Origin: Nitrospirota bacterium
GTDB taxonomy: Bacteria; Nitrospirota; UBA9217
Length of the DNA stretch: 64,000 nt
Assembly (NCBI GenBank): GCA_963796285.1
Contig: CAWCKW010000013.1
Location: 32,001 to 96,000, forward strand
Direction of reading: 5' to 3'
The notes beneath the pieces were generated by a model that saw only the letters and a list, made by a program, of their open reading frames with translations, did no database searches and was not told the DNA's origin. The translations under genes were made by a program, and so were the position numbers. Below are positions 40,213-50,600 of the stretch, one piece after another (positions within the stretch are counted from its first letter, which is position 1; every line of letters starts with the position of its first letter).

Positions 40213-40404
40213 ATAGTAAAGGTATTAAAGATTCAGAGTAATCTCAACTTGGGTTGAAAAAAGTCAACTTCTTTGGCACTGCTTTTCGGAGCTTGGGTTA
40301 CGAAGGCTCATGATGCATCATGGGTTTCCTTCACCTGTATCCGTGTCAAAGCATTTTCCTCGCATTTCTTGCTTCCGCATGCCACCTTCGGAATTTTTTC
40401 CCGT

Positions 40405-40980
40405 CTACTCCCTCAACCATCCCGGCGGTATGCCTTTCTTGCGCGCTTCCTCCGGGATAACGGCGTCGATATTATTTCGGGCCTCGTCTATCTGTATCTG
40501 CACATCCTTCATCTCCTGCTCGATTTTCTCGACCTCAGTGCTATCAACGAGCCGGCCGGACGCAGGACCACCCCAGCTCCGGAGCAGTTCGTTTCTTCGT
40601 TGATCGAGTTCGTGATAGCGTTTTTCAGCGGAGTCAAGCCGCTGTTTCGCCTCTCGCATGCGTTGCTGCCATTCACGCTTTCCCAACGCGTCGGCGGAGT
40701 CGGATTCAGCTCCCGATGGAGAGGTTGACTCCTGCTGCACCTGCTGCCCCTGATCAGTGTCTTCCTTTTTCGGCTGCTTTAATTTTATCGCCTTATCGCG
40801 GTACTGTTTCGGTACCGTTCCCAGACTGTCGGTGATATGGACAATGCCCTTATCATCGGTCCATTGATAGAGATAGCCCTGTTGTTCCTTGTCCTCAGTC
40901 TGCGCCTGCGGGTCAGCTTGTGCAAAGACCGTCATTGCAAAACCAGTGAGCACCAGTATGAGAAGTAGCATTCTACTCAT
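40405..40980 (-). CDS. DUF4124-domain exported protein
   Basis: signal peptide, LYQWTDDKGIVHITD, coiled coil, GIPPGWLR. Confidence 0.85.
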   Translation of the reverse strand: MSRMLLLILVLTGFAMTVFAQADPQAQTEDKEQQGYLYQWTDDKGIVHITDSLGTVPKQYRDKAIKLKQPKKEDTDQGQQVQQESTSPSGAESDSADALGKREWQQRMREAKQRLDSAEKRYHELDQRRNELLRSWGGPASGRLVDSTEVEKIEQEMKDVQIQIDEARNNIDAVIPEEARKKGIPPGWLRE

Positions 40981-40983
40981 GGA

Positions 40984-41463
40984 TCACCCCACTTTCCTGA
41001 TCAAGGCCACAGCGTACGCCGCCATCCCCTCGCCCCTGCCCGCGAAACCGAGTCCCTCGGTCGTCGTGGCCTTCACATTGATCGCGGACCGGTCGACATT
41101 GACTGCTGAGGCTATGTTCGCGACCATGGCGGGGATATGGGAAGCCATCTTCGGCTTTTCAGCGACAATGGTCGCATCAATGTTGTTCACGCGGAATCCG
41201 GCCCCGGCAAGAAGCCGCCGCACCTCTTCGAGAAGCATGAGGCTCGGGATGCCCCTGTATTTCGGCGCTGTGTCGGGGAAGTGCCTGCCGATGTCCCCGA
41301 GACCGGCCGCGCCGAGCAGCGCATCACAGATCGCGTGGAGCAGCACATCCGCGTCCGAGTGCCCAAGCAGCCCCTTTTCGAAGGGGATGTCCACACCGCC
41401 GATCATCAGCTTCCTGCCGGCCGCAAGACGGTGAACATCATAGCCTGTGCCGATCCTCACCAT
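40984..41463 (-). CDS. ispF: MECDP synthase
   Basis: [23 protein letters not shown]. Confidence 0.97.
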   Translation of the reverse strand: MVRIGTGYDVHRLAAGRKLMIGGVDIPFEKGLLGHSDADVLLHAICDALLGAAGLGDIGRHFPDTAPKYRGIPSLMLLEEVRRLLAGAGFRVNNIDATIVAEKPKMASHIPAMVANIASAVNVDRSAINVKATTTEGLGFAGRGEGMAAYAVALIRKVG

Positions 41464-41468
41464 TACCG

Positions 41469-42158
41469 TTACCTTCTCTTCAGGATCTCCTCCGCGACGA
41501 TCAGATCCTCGGGTGTCGTAATTTTGATGTTCTCGTAGCTCCCCATGATCACCCGCACCGTGCCGCCTGTCCGCTCCACAAGCGTGGCGTCGTCTGTCCC
41601 GTACATTTTCTGTTTGGAAGACTCCTCATAGGCGCGCCTGAGTATCTTTACCGGAAAGACCTGGGGCGTCTGGATCATCCAGAGTTTCCCCCGCTCCAGC
41701 GTTCGGCGCACGATCTTGTTTTCATCCACTTCCTTGATCGTATCCTTGATCGGCACACCCACGGCGATGCACTCGCCCTTCTTCGCGAAGCCGACGGCTT
41801 CACTGATCATATCAAGCGTCACGAAGGGCCGCACGCCGTCATGAACGAGCACAACCGTCGTGTCCTTGCCGATCTTCTGCAGACCGTGCAACACGGAATC
41901 CTGACGTTCCTTGCCTCCCACGACCAGGGTCTTCACCTTGGTGATTTGGTAACGTTCGATCACATCATGGAGACAGCTCTCCATGTCCTCCTTGGAGAGG
42001 ACCGGGATGATCTCGTCGATCTCCGGGGCGCGTTGGAACACGAGAAGGGTATGCGCCAGCATGGGTTTATCGGCGATCGTCAGAAATTGCTTCGACACGG
42101 CTTTGCCCATCCGCTTGCCCATACCCGCAGCGGGTATGATTGCCGTCACCTTCGACAT
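41469..42158 (-). CDS. ispD: MEP cytidylyltransferase
   Basis: [29 protein letters not shown]. Confidence 0.97.
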   Translation of the reverse strand: MSKVTAIIPAAGMGKRMGKAVSKQFLTIADKPMLAHTLLVFQRAPEIDEIIPVLSKEDMESCLHDVIERYQITKVKTLVVGGKERQDSVLHGLQKIGKDTTVVLVHDGVRPFVTLDMISEAVGFAKKGECIAVGVPIKDTIKEVDENKIVRRTLERGKLWMIQTPQVFPVKILRRAYEESSKQKMYGTDDATLVERTGGTVRVIMGSYENIKITTPEDLIVAEEILKRR

Positions 42159-42333
42159 AGGAACCTCGAATATTCTAACTCGGGAAAACCGGAATCAAAA
42201 GCTGGTTGAAGCAAAAACGCGACGTTCACAACGAACAGCAAGGCTTTTTCTGGTTTTAAAACAAGAAATCAGGGATCTCTTTTCGCGCTTAGCGAGCTTT
42301 GCGGAAAACATTCTTTTTTGCAGTGTTCGAGAA

Positions 42334-43257
42334 TCACTTTTTGAAGTTCTTCACAGTGATCTTGAACCGTTTCGCCATCGGTGCTTCCATGTCGATTGAG
42401 ATGCGGAGCTGAAACTGGTCCTCACGGCCTTTGCTCGCCACATCGAAGGGCAGGACGATCTGGTCGCTTTCCATATAAGGCTTTCCCAAATCCACTTTTA
42501 TCCCAGCCTCCACGGCCTTTTCAAGCGCCGCCATCTCAGGCTTGGCCTCTGCCATAGGTGCGCCGGGCATGGATGGTTCCAACTGCGTCCTCTCCGCCAC
42601 GATGTCCTTCGGGGCGGGCGGCTCTTTCTCACCCTTGCCGAGGATGTCCCCCAGCGTGAAGTTGTGGCGCTCGGGATGTTTCTGCATGTCCTGAAGCACC
42701 AGTTTGGAAACGGCAGTGAAGGTCTTCAGTACTCCGTCGCCCGTCGTCGCAACCGCCTCGTAGAAGGCGACGAACCGGGGGTTCATGGCCGCATTCAGAT
42801 CTTCGACCGAGAGGATATCGGGAAGGTCCCGCTTATTATACTGGATCACCATGGGAAAATCGGACAGCTCGATCCCCTGCTCATTAAAATTATCACGGAG
42901 GTTCGTAATGCTCTCAAGGTTCGCATCGAGCATGGCGCGTTGCGAGTCAGCAACGAAGATCACGCCGTCCGCGCCCTTCAGCACGAGCTTGCGCGTTGCG
43001 TTGTAGAACACCTGACCCGGCACGGTATAGAGATGGAACCGCACCTTGTAGTTCTTGATAGTGCCGAGTTCTACGGGAAGAAAGTCGAAGAACAGCGTCC
43101 GGTCCGTTTCAGTCGCGAGCGAGATCAGTTTGCCGCGCTGTCCCGGAGCGATGCGGTGGTAGATCATATGGATGTTCGTCGTCTTGCCGCACAGCCCCGG
43201 TCCATAGTAAACGATCTTCGCGTTGATTTCCCGTGTTTGATGATTGACGAGGGCCAT
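42334..43257 (-). CDS. MglA-like small GTPase with a C-terminal extension
   Basis: KIVYYGPGLCGKTTN, RTLFFDFLP, YTVPGQ, QYNKRDL. Confidence 0.9.
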   Translation of the reverse strand: MALVNHQTREINAKIVYYGPGLCGKTTNIHMIYHRIAPGQRGKLISLATETDRTLFFDFLPVELGTIKNYKVRFHLYTVPGQVFYNATRKLVLKGADGVIFVADSQRAMLDANLESITNLRDNFNEQGIELSDFPMVIQYNKRDLPDILSVEDLNAAMNPRFVAFYEAVATTGDGVLKTFTAVSKLVLQDMQKHPERHNFTLGDILGKGEKEPPAPKDIVAERTQLEPSMPGAPMAEAKPEMAALEKAVEAGIKVDLGKPYMESDQIVLPFDVASKGREDQFQLRISIDMEAPMAKRFKITVKNFKK

Positions 43258-43333
43258 AGGCTTTTATAATTGCACAAATAGCAAAGTATGTCAATACCGG
43301 GCTATCATTGCGACAAGAGGATGGGCGGGTCCC

Positions 43334-43362
43334 TTGACAATACGCAGCACTGCGCATACACT
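43334..43362 (+). promoter_or_regulatory. sigma70 promoter
   Basis: TTGACA-N17-TACACT. Confidence 0.75.
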
Positions 43363-43368
43363 TTAACA

Positions 43369-43492
43369 AGGAGTAACGTACTTCTCAAAATACGCGGCAG
43401 ATTTTACCAGGACGCCGAGCTTATACTCGGCTTGCAATCGTACAAGCTTACCTGTTGACAATCCAAAATGAAGCGTCTTGGTAGATTTTTTT
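43369..43492 (+). ncRNA. candidate structured small RNA or 5' leader
   Basis: starts just after the promoter; 13-bp closing stem 43403-43415/43473-43485 enclosing two hairpins; ends in T7. Confidence 0.4.
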
Positions 43493-43713
43493 AGCTCCGG
43501 CTTACCGGGATAGGTCACTCACCAATCAAATGCCGGCTCGAACCGGGGATAAGATTAAGCCAAAGAAGCCACAGAGAAAAACCCGCAGCTATTCCCTAAC
43601 AACAAGATCCTGTGTTCTATTATATCTCTGCGATCTCTCTGTTCTGTGGCAAATAAGGTTTTTATTTTCGGCTCGTCCAATTTAGATAGCGCCTACAAGA
43701 GAAGGAGTCTCCC

Positions 43714-46180
43714 ATGGACCTCAAAGACCGGGAAGTCCCGCTTGCTGATCTTCGCCGCACCTGCGATCCCGCGGAATTTCCCTTTAAAACAACTGCCGAG
43801 CTCTCGCTCAGGGACGAGGTCATCGGCCAGACGCGGGCCGTCAAAGCGATCGAGTTCGGCATCTCCATTCGCAATCACGGATACAATATTTTTGTGTCCG
43901 GTGTCCCGGGCACGGGCAGGAACTCCATTGCCAAATCCATCGTCAAGCGGATCTCCCTTGACCGGCCGGTCCCTGATGACTGGTGTTATGTCAATAACTT
44001 CAAGGACCCCGACCGTCCGCGGGCGATCAACCTGCCTGCGGGGAAGGGCCGCGAGTTCAGGCGCGACGTCGAGAAGTTCATTGAGTTCATGCAGAGCGAG
44101 ATCCCCAAGGTATTCGAGTCCAAGGAATACGAAGAACAAAAGACGCGCATCATGGACGAATCGGAGAAGGCGAAGGAGGTCCTCTTTGCCGATGCCGGCA
44201 AGCGCGCGCTCGAGCTCGGGTTTCAACTGACGATCACCCGCACCGGCATCGTAAAGGTCCCGCTGTGGAAGGGCAAGCAGCTCACACCCGAGGAACTGGA
44301 GTCCCTCTCGCCCGAGCAGCGGCACGAACTTGAGGGACACGAGAAACTTGTGGACACGGAGATCCGCGATTTTCTGTCCAAGGCGCGCCTGCTCAGTAAA
44401 GAGGCGCACGAAAAAGTACATGATCTGAACCGCCGCGTCGCGCACTTCGCCATGGGCCACCAGCTCGACGACCTGAAGGAGAAGTACCGCGTCAACCCCC
44501 GCATTCCAGAGTATCTTGAAGAGGTCGAGGAAGACATCCTGAATAACCTTCGTGAATTCCTGGGCCAGACGCAGGAACTTCCTTACCAGATCGAGGGCAT
44601 GGACAAGGGGAGCTTCCTTGAACGCTACAAGGTGAACGTGCTCGTGGACAATGCCGAGACCAAAGGCGGGCCGGTCATTGAAGAATCCAACCCTACGTAC
44701 AACAACCTGGTCGGCCGCATCGAGCGCAAGGCGCGCTTTGGCGCGTCTCTATACGAATTTCACCATGGTCCGCTCGGGTTCGCTGCTCCAGGCGAACGGC
44801 GGCTACCTGGTCCTGAACGCGCTCGACGTGCTCCGCAGCCCCTTTTCCTGGGACGCGCTCAAACGGGTCATCAAGAAGAACGAGGTAAAGGTCGAAGACA
44901 TGGCCGAGCTCTACGGAATTACCACGGGCGGGCTCAAGGCCGAGCCCATCCCGGTCTCGCTCAAGATCATCATGCTCGGGAGCCCCTGGCTCTATTACCT
45001 CCTCTATTATTACGACGAGGATTTCCGCGACATCTTCAAGGTCAAGTCCGATTTCGACACGCAAACCGCAAGTTCGATCGATGAAAAAATGCGCTACGCG
45101 AACTTCATCGGCGTCATGGTGAAGAATGACGGCCTGCTCCCCTTTGACCGGAGCGCCGTCGCCGGAGTCGTGGACCACGCCGTGCGCATTACCGAAAAAA
45201 AGAGCAAACTCTCGCTCCGCTTCAGCGAACTTTCGGACCTGGTGCGCGAGTCGTCGTACTGGGCGGAAAAATCCGGGAGCAGTGTTGTGGCGGCATTGCA
45301 TGTGGACAAGGCCCTGGATGAAAAGATCTACCGGGCGAACCTGCTCGATGAGCGCATCCAGGAGCTGTTCACCGAGGGCACCCTGATGGTCGATGTTTCC
45401 GGCTCCGTGGTCGCGCAGGTGAATGGGCTGTCGGTGTACGACATCGGCGATTTTTCGTTCGGCAAACCGTCGCGCATCACCAGCCGGGTGTACCTCGGCA
45501 AGTCGGGCGTCATCGACATCGAGCGCGAGGCCAAGCTCTCGGGCCGCATCTACAACAAGGGTGTGCTGATCCTCTCGGGTTATCTCGGCGGCACCTATGC
45601 CCAGGACAAGACGCTTTCGGTCTCCGCGACCCTTGCCTTTGAGCAGAGCTACGGCGAGGTGGAGGGTGACAGCGCCTCGGCGGCGGAGGTTGTCGCGCTC
45701 ATCTCAGGCATCGCCGAGGCGCCGGTGAAGCAGAACATTGCCATCACCGGCTCGATCAACCAGAAGGGCGAGATCCAGCCCATCGGCGGGGTGAACGAGA
45801 AGATCGAGGGGTTCTTTGCCGTGTGCAAGAACCGCGGCCTGACGGGCGACCAGGGTGTCATCATTCCGGAGCTCAATGTCAAGAACCTGATGCTCAAGAA
45901 GGAAGTGGTGGACGCCGTGAAAGAGGGCAAGTTCCGCATCTATGCGGTCAAGACCGTGAATGAGGCGCTGGAGATCCTGACAGGACTTCCGGCCGGTGAG
46001 CGCCAGGTAGACTGGACCTGGCCGCAGGGCTCGATCAACTTCCTTGTGGACAAACGGCTCAAGGAGATGTCAAAAAAACTAAAAGCGGACGACAAGGGCG
46101 AAGAGAAAAAAGAGAAGAAGGAAGAGAACAACGAGGCGGCGCCGAAGAAGAGCCCGCCGCCCGGGCGTAGTGCAGATTGA
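43714..46180 (+). CDS. Lon-like (LonC/AAA_32) protease, +1 frameshift near 44746
   Basis: IGQTRA, NPTYNNLVGRIE, ANGGYL, EQSYGEVEGDSAS (Ser), GGVNEKIEGF (Lys). Confidence 0.92.
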
Positions 46181-46231
46181 TGAATTTGAAGTAACTGCTA
46201 AGTACTCGGCAGATCCATTACAGAACACTAT

Positions 46232-46281
46232 GGGGACATTGTTTCCATCACTCAGAAAGCAGTGTTAGAAACAATGTCCCC
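46232..46281. repeat. perfect 14-bp inverted repeat (REP-like, or bidirectional terminator)
   Basis: GGGGACATTGTTTC ... GAAACAATGTCCCC between convergent genes. Confidence 0.75.
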
Positions 46282-46341
46282 TTTGACACATACAGGATTA
46301 GAGGTGTTATTCAGGCAGCCGGGCAGCCGGTGATCGCATGC

Positions 46342-48476
46342 TTAATTGCAGCAGCATATTTTATACGGCCCGCCAGCCGTCACGTTGTCCACGCCACACT
46401 GACTGGTAACGTTCGTCTGGGCAGCTGCAGGATGTGGGCACGATTCCACCCGCATAATTGCCCTGGTTACAACTGTTGAACTGGGCATACCAGGAGCTAC
46501 AGTCGCTCCCTCCGCCGCCAGTACTGCTGGCACTAAAAGCAGCAGTTGCCATCTTATTCGCATCCATCAGAACCGCGCAAGAGCCTGTTCCTGAACATGC
46601 GTTTGACCACCCGGCAAAAGTAGAACCGGAGGCGGGCGTTGCCGTGAGGGTTACGGTTGCGCCGTTTGTTACCGTTGCCATGCACGTTGAGCCGCAATCA
46701 ATGCCTGAAGGCGATGAGGTTATTGTCCCGCTCCCGGTGCTTGAACTTGATTTGCCGACCATCAATGTATATGTCCCAGCCGGAGTAATTGTCTCTGGAT
46801 TTGATGGGGAACTTTCTCCGTAAGGATTTACCGCTGTTACAATGCAGGATAATGGATTGCCGTTGGTTAGTCCCGAATAGACATAGGGGCTTGCGATTGA
46901 GGCGATTCCCGTACCGGTGGTTGTTGTTACGCTGGTACCGTTGTCACAATAGAGATTATAGCAATCCGCGCCTGGAATAGAGTCCCAGCTTATCGTTGCC
47001 TGTCCATTACCCGCAGTGACAAGTACCCCCGCGGGAGCAGATGGGGCTGTAGGTAGCGGGCTGATCTTGCGGATGGTGTGATTACGGCTAGTTACATAAA
47101 GATCTGTGCCGTCTGTGGTGACGTCATTTGGTTCTAAGCTCCCTGCCAGGGTCGTTACTGCGCCTGTGGAGATTACTATCTTGCGGATGGTGGAGTTGGA
47201 CGAGTCAGCAATATAAAGATTTGTGCCATCCGTGGTGATGCCTTGTGGATTATTAAAAAGCGGGGTCGAGCTAAATATGTCACCCGCAGCGGTCGTTACC
47301 GCGCCTGTGGAGATTACTATCTTTTGGATTCTGTTCCAACCGCTATCAGATACATAAAGGTTTGTGCCGTCCGTGGTGATGCCATGTGGTGAGGCAAACC
47401 CACAGCCATATCCGCAGCTGACCCCCGCACCCCCACCCGAGGCCGGTGGAGTCCCTGCTAGGGTCGTTACTGCGCCTGTGGAGATGACTATCTTACGGAT
47501 GGTGTTATTGCCGGTATCAGCTACATATAGGTTTGTGCCGTCCGTGGTGATGCCCATTGGGCCGGCAAATTGCGCCGCAGATCCTGTGCCATCGGTCGAA
47601 CCCGAGCTTCCTGCGCTACCTGTAAGGGTCGTTACTATACCGGTGGAGATTACGATCTTGCGGATGGTATGATTGCCGGTATCAGTTACATACAGGTTTG
47701 TGCCATCCGTGGTGATGCCCATATGGGGCATTAAATTGCGCGGCTGTTCCGGTACCGTCGGCCGAACCCGAGCTTCCTGCGCTCCCTGTAAGGGTCGTTA
47801 CTTCGCCGGTGGAGATTACGATCTTGCGGATGGTGTGATTTTGCGAGTCAGCTACATAAGCGTTTGTGCCGTCCGTGGTGATGCCATATGGGGTATTAAA
47901 TTTCGCGGCTGTTCCGATTCCATCAGTCGAGCCTGCGCTCCCGGCGCTCCCTGCAAACGTAGTATCAATATTTGCGTTCAGGCTTAATGGATATCCCTGT
48001 ACGGCCCCGCCCATGAGGATGGAACTGGCGGCAGGAGCATCTTCCGTCGTAAAACTCCATGTGTAATTGTTAGCCATTGCAGTTCCTGCTGAATTCTTCA
48101 CACCAGTAGTAATCGTTGCCGTATATGAGGAACTGGAGGCCAGGGCGCTGGAAGGTGTAAAGGTGGCTGTCCTGGTAGAGGAGTTGTAGGCTACGGCGCC
48201 GCTAACCCCGCTGATGGTGAACGTAGTGTTAGTGACAGACGTCGCGATAATATCTTCGCTGAAGGTCACGGAAATGGCAGCGCCGGTATCAACGCCGCAG
48301 GAGGAGCCATCGGTGCTTTTAATTACTACGATGGGGGCGCTTGCAGTGTTAATCGTTGCTACGATACTGCCTGTTGTGCTGTCTGTGCTGCCGCCCCCCC
48401 CCCCGGCGCTGCAACCGGCCATGATTATCCCGGACAGAAGCAATACCAATATCAATGTCTTGAAATAACTTTTCAT
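46342..48476 (-). CDS. surface lipoprotein: Ig-like domain, NHL repeats, FN3, InlB-B-like repeat, 8-Cys tail; two +1 frameshifts (about 47722 and 46417)
   Basis: AAGGAGG RBS, MAGC lipobox, repeated GITTDGTNLYVADTGN.TIRKIVISTG; joining three ORFs gives 711 codons. Confidence 0.85.
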
Positions 48477-48544
48477 TCGCGTTACCTCCTTTTTTCTCTG
48501 TATGATAAGATGACCAAAGGAAATTGTTGTCACTTACTGTTTAT

Positions 48545-49100
48545 AAAAGCGTCCTGAAATACCCAGCAGCTCTGCTGCTGGGATGAAAAGGACATCCTGA
48601 CAAAGTCAGGATAAGATTGTGTTACAATACGGGCCATGAGCCCATTGAGAAGAAGCAAGCATAGTGTCTATGATCTGAAGTATCATTTTGTATGGATACC
48701 AAAATATCGAAAGAAGCTGTTCAATGATCGAATGACGACGAGACTGAAAGAGATCTTTCGTGAGATTGCAGAGCGATATGAATTTGAAATAGATACGATG
48801 GAAGCAATGGATGATCATGTGCATTTGTTTTTGGTTGTGCCACCGAAGTATGCTCCAGCGAGGGTGGTGCAGATAATCAAAAGCATATCGGCAAAGATGA
48901 TGTTCCGAGAATTCCCCGAGATAAAGAAAAAACTTTGGGGAGGAGAACTTTGGAATGACGGTTACTTTGTCCGTTCGGTTGGCGACAATGTAACGGCAGA
49001 AGTTATCAGAAAATATATTCGGTATCAACATGATGAGCAAATTGGTTTTAGGTTCTAGCGCATTTAGGATGCCTCGCAGCTCTGCTGCGGGGTAATTCAC
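48545..49100 (+). mobile_element. IS200-type element (tnpA only)
   Basis: left hairpin CCCAGCAGC-TCT-GCTGCTGGG (48562-48582), right hairpin CCTCGCAGC-TCT-GCTGCGGGG ending TTCAC (49072-49100); probable TTTAT target at 48540-48544. Confidence 0.88.
48636..49058 (+). CDS. tnpA: IS200/IS605 Y1 transposase
   Basis: YHFVWIPKYR, DHVHL (HuH), LWNDGYFV, KYIRYQ. Confidence 0.95.
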   Translation: MSPLRRSKHSVYDLKYHFVWIPKYRKKLFNDRMTTRLKEIFREIAERYEFEIDTMEAMDDHVHLFLVVPPKYAPARVVQIIKSISAKMMFREFPEIKKKLWGGELWNDGYFVRSVGDNVTAEVIRKYIRYQHDEQIGFRF

Positions 49101-49192
49101 TCCGCTCATGTCTCCCAGCTAGCCCGGGCATGTCGCCCGCTTACGGAACGTAGAGTTTTTCTATTAATATTTTTTTTGGTGTTGCTATTTTT

Positions 49193-49220
49193 ATTATACG
49201 AATTAGTCGTCTGAAGTCAA
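49193..49220 (-). promoter_or_regulatory. sigma70 promoter facing the NHL lipoprotein gene
   Basis: TTGACT-N16-TATAAT on the minus strand. Confidence 0.65.
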
Positions 49221-49296
49221 TAAAATAATGGATATTTTAGGGGTATTTCAATAGATACAGGATGCAACTTAAACAACTTCATGAAATATGTCATAC

Positions 49297-49422
49297 GACC
49301 AATCGAGGCGGCGTATCGTTTTCTGGGCAAGACTGATTGAACACATCAAAACTATACTTGAAGGGGGTTGATCAGCGTAAGGTGCCGAAGCGCGGAGGAC
49401 GTGGGGTGACCGGGTACATGGC
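49297..49422 (-). pseudogene. degenerate duplicate of part of the ABC permease 3' region
   Basis: aligns with 50696-50819; shares AAGGGGGTTGATCAGCGTAAGGTG exactly. Confidence 0.8.
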
Positions 49423-49658
49423 AACGAAGAAGAAAAAAGACACCTGGAGCGTAATTTTGATTGATGAATATGCAGGTGTGTATGGTTATTTCATTCAGCC
49501 GTTCTGCAGCTGTACTAAATGACGGGCAAAGACTTGTCCGGCAGATTGTCTACGATATTTAAAAGGGTAATATCCGGGCAGGCGGGAGCAATTTCCGAAT
49601 GATAAATTCAGATTCTATCGTATGTTCGTTGAAAATGCGTCTCTCAACTTTGTCGCTC

Positions 49659-50375
49659 TCACGATCCTAATATCTGTTTTACCTGATCCGCAAGTTTGTT
49701 TGGGGTTGTGATCATCTTGGAAAGAATGCCCGACACACCCATTGCCGAGATCCTGTCAGTCTCCTGGGGGGTTATCCTTCCGGACAGCATAAGAACTTTT
49801 ACATTTTTCCATGTATCGTTCGAGCGCACAAACTGGAGAAACTTTGTCCCGTCCATGCCCTCCATTTGCATATCCAGCACGATAAGATCAGGGATGTCTT
49901 CGGTAATTGACTTTATGGCCTCCATCCCGCTTGACGCCTCTCTTACATTGTAGTTGGAAAGGACCAGTTTGTTTTTATACGTTGCTCTCGCGGTAACTGA
50001 ATCATCGACAAGCAAAACCTTCTTCCTTGTATCACCGGCAGGGCACTCCTGTTTCACTGACTGGGCAGGCATATTTTCCGCTATAAATCTTTTCAACCAC
50101 TCCTTGTCAGCCTGATTGATACCCGTAAATGACACACCGACCCCCACCCCTTCCCGCACCGTCTGAACACGCGCCCGTAACTTTATCGGCGGCAGGCCAT
50201 CGACAAGGGAAAAGCTCAGCTCTATGATCCTGCCCATGGTAAAGGGAACAGGTGAATATAAGAGCATGTCTCCCTCGCTTATCTCCACGGTATATCCTTT
50301 TACGGAATTATTTATCAGCACCTCTTTTTTAATCATGAGTCTGGCTTGTTTAGCATCGTTTGCGTCAGTTTCCAT
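49659..50375 (-). CDS. PilZ-like plus receiver-domain protein
   Basis: EISEGDM..GVGVSF; KVLLVDDS, IVLDMQMEGMDG. Confidence 0.85.
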   Translation of the reverse strand: METDANDAKQARLMIKKEVLINNSVKGYTVEISEGDMLLYSPVPFTMGRIIELSFSLVDGLPPIKLRARVQTVREGVGVGVSFTGINQADKEWLKRFIAENMPAQSVKQECPAGDTRKKVLLVDDSVTARATYKNKLVLSNYNVREASSGMEAIKSITEDIPDLIVLDMQMEGMDGTKFLQFVRSNDTWKNVKVLMLSGRITPQETDRISAMGVSGILSKMITTPNKLADQVKQILGS

Positions 50376-50600
50376 CGTATCACCCACCCCTTAATAGAGC
50401 ATTGAACAATCGATTGCCTGACAAAACCCTGCTCACTCTGCAAGTGCCGTCGTTACAAGTCTTTTTTACGCTTTCGTACTTTACCACAAAATCATATGTT
50501 CATATAGTAATTTGTGGGCAGTGCGGCCGTTTCATGACAACCGCGACCATCCATCAGACAGATCGGCATGCAACTCGATACAAATTGGCTAAGCCGTTTA

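Noticed and set aside
47060-47960. Regularly spaced DNA repeats resembling a CRISPR array
   Set aside because: They are in-frame NHL protein repeats with synonymous variation; no cas genes in the window
48545-49100. TnpB/IscB RNA-guided nuclease or omega-RNA in the IS200/IS605 element
   Set aside because: The right-end hairpin follows the tnpA stop within about 15 nt, leaving no room for a second ORF
49101-49160. Riboswitch in the NHL gene leader (CGGGC-GACAT-GCCCG hairpin)
   Set aside because: Only one short hairpin; no recognisable aptamer consensus
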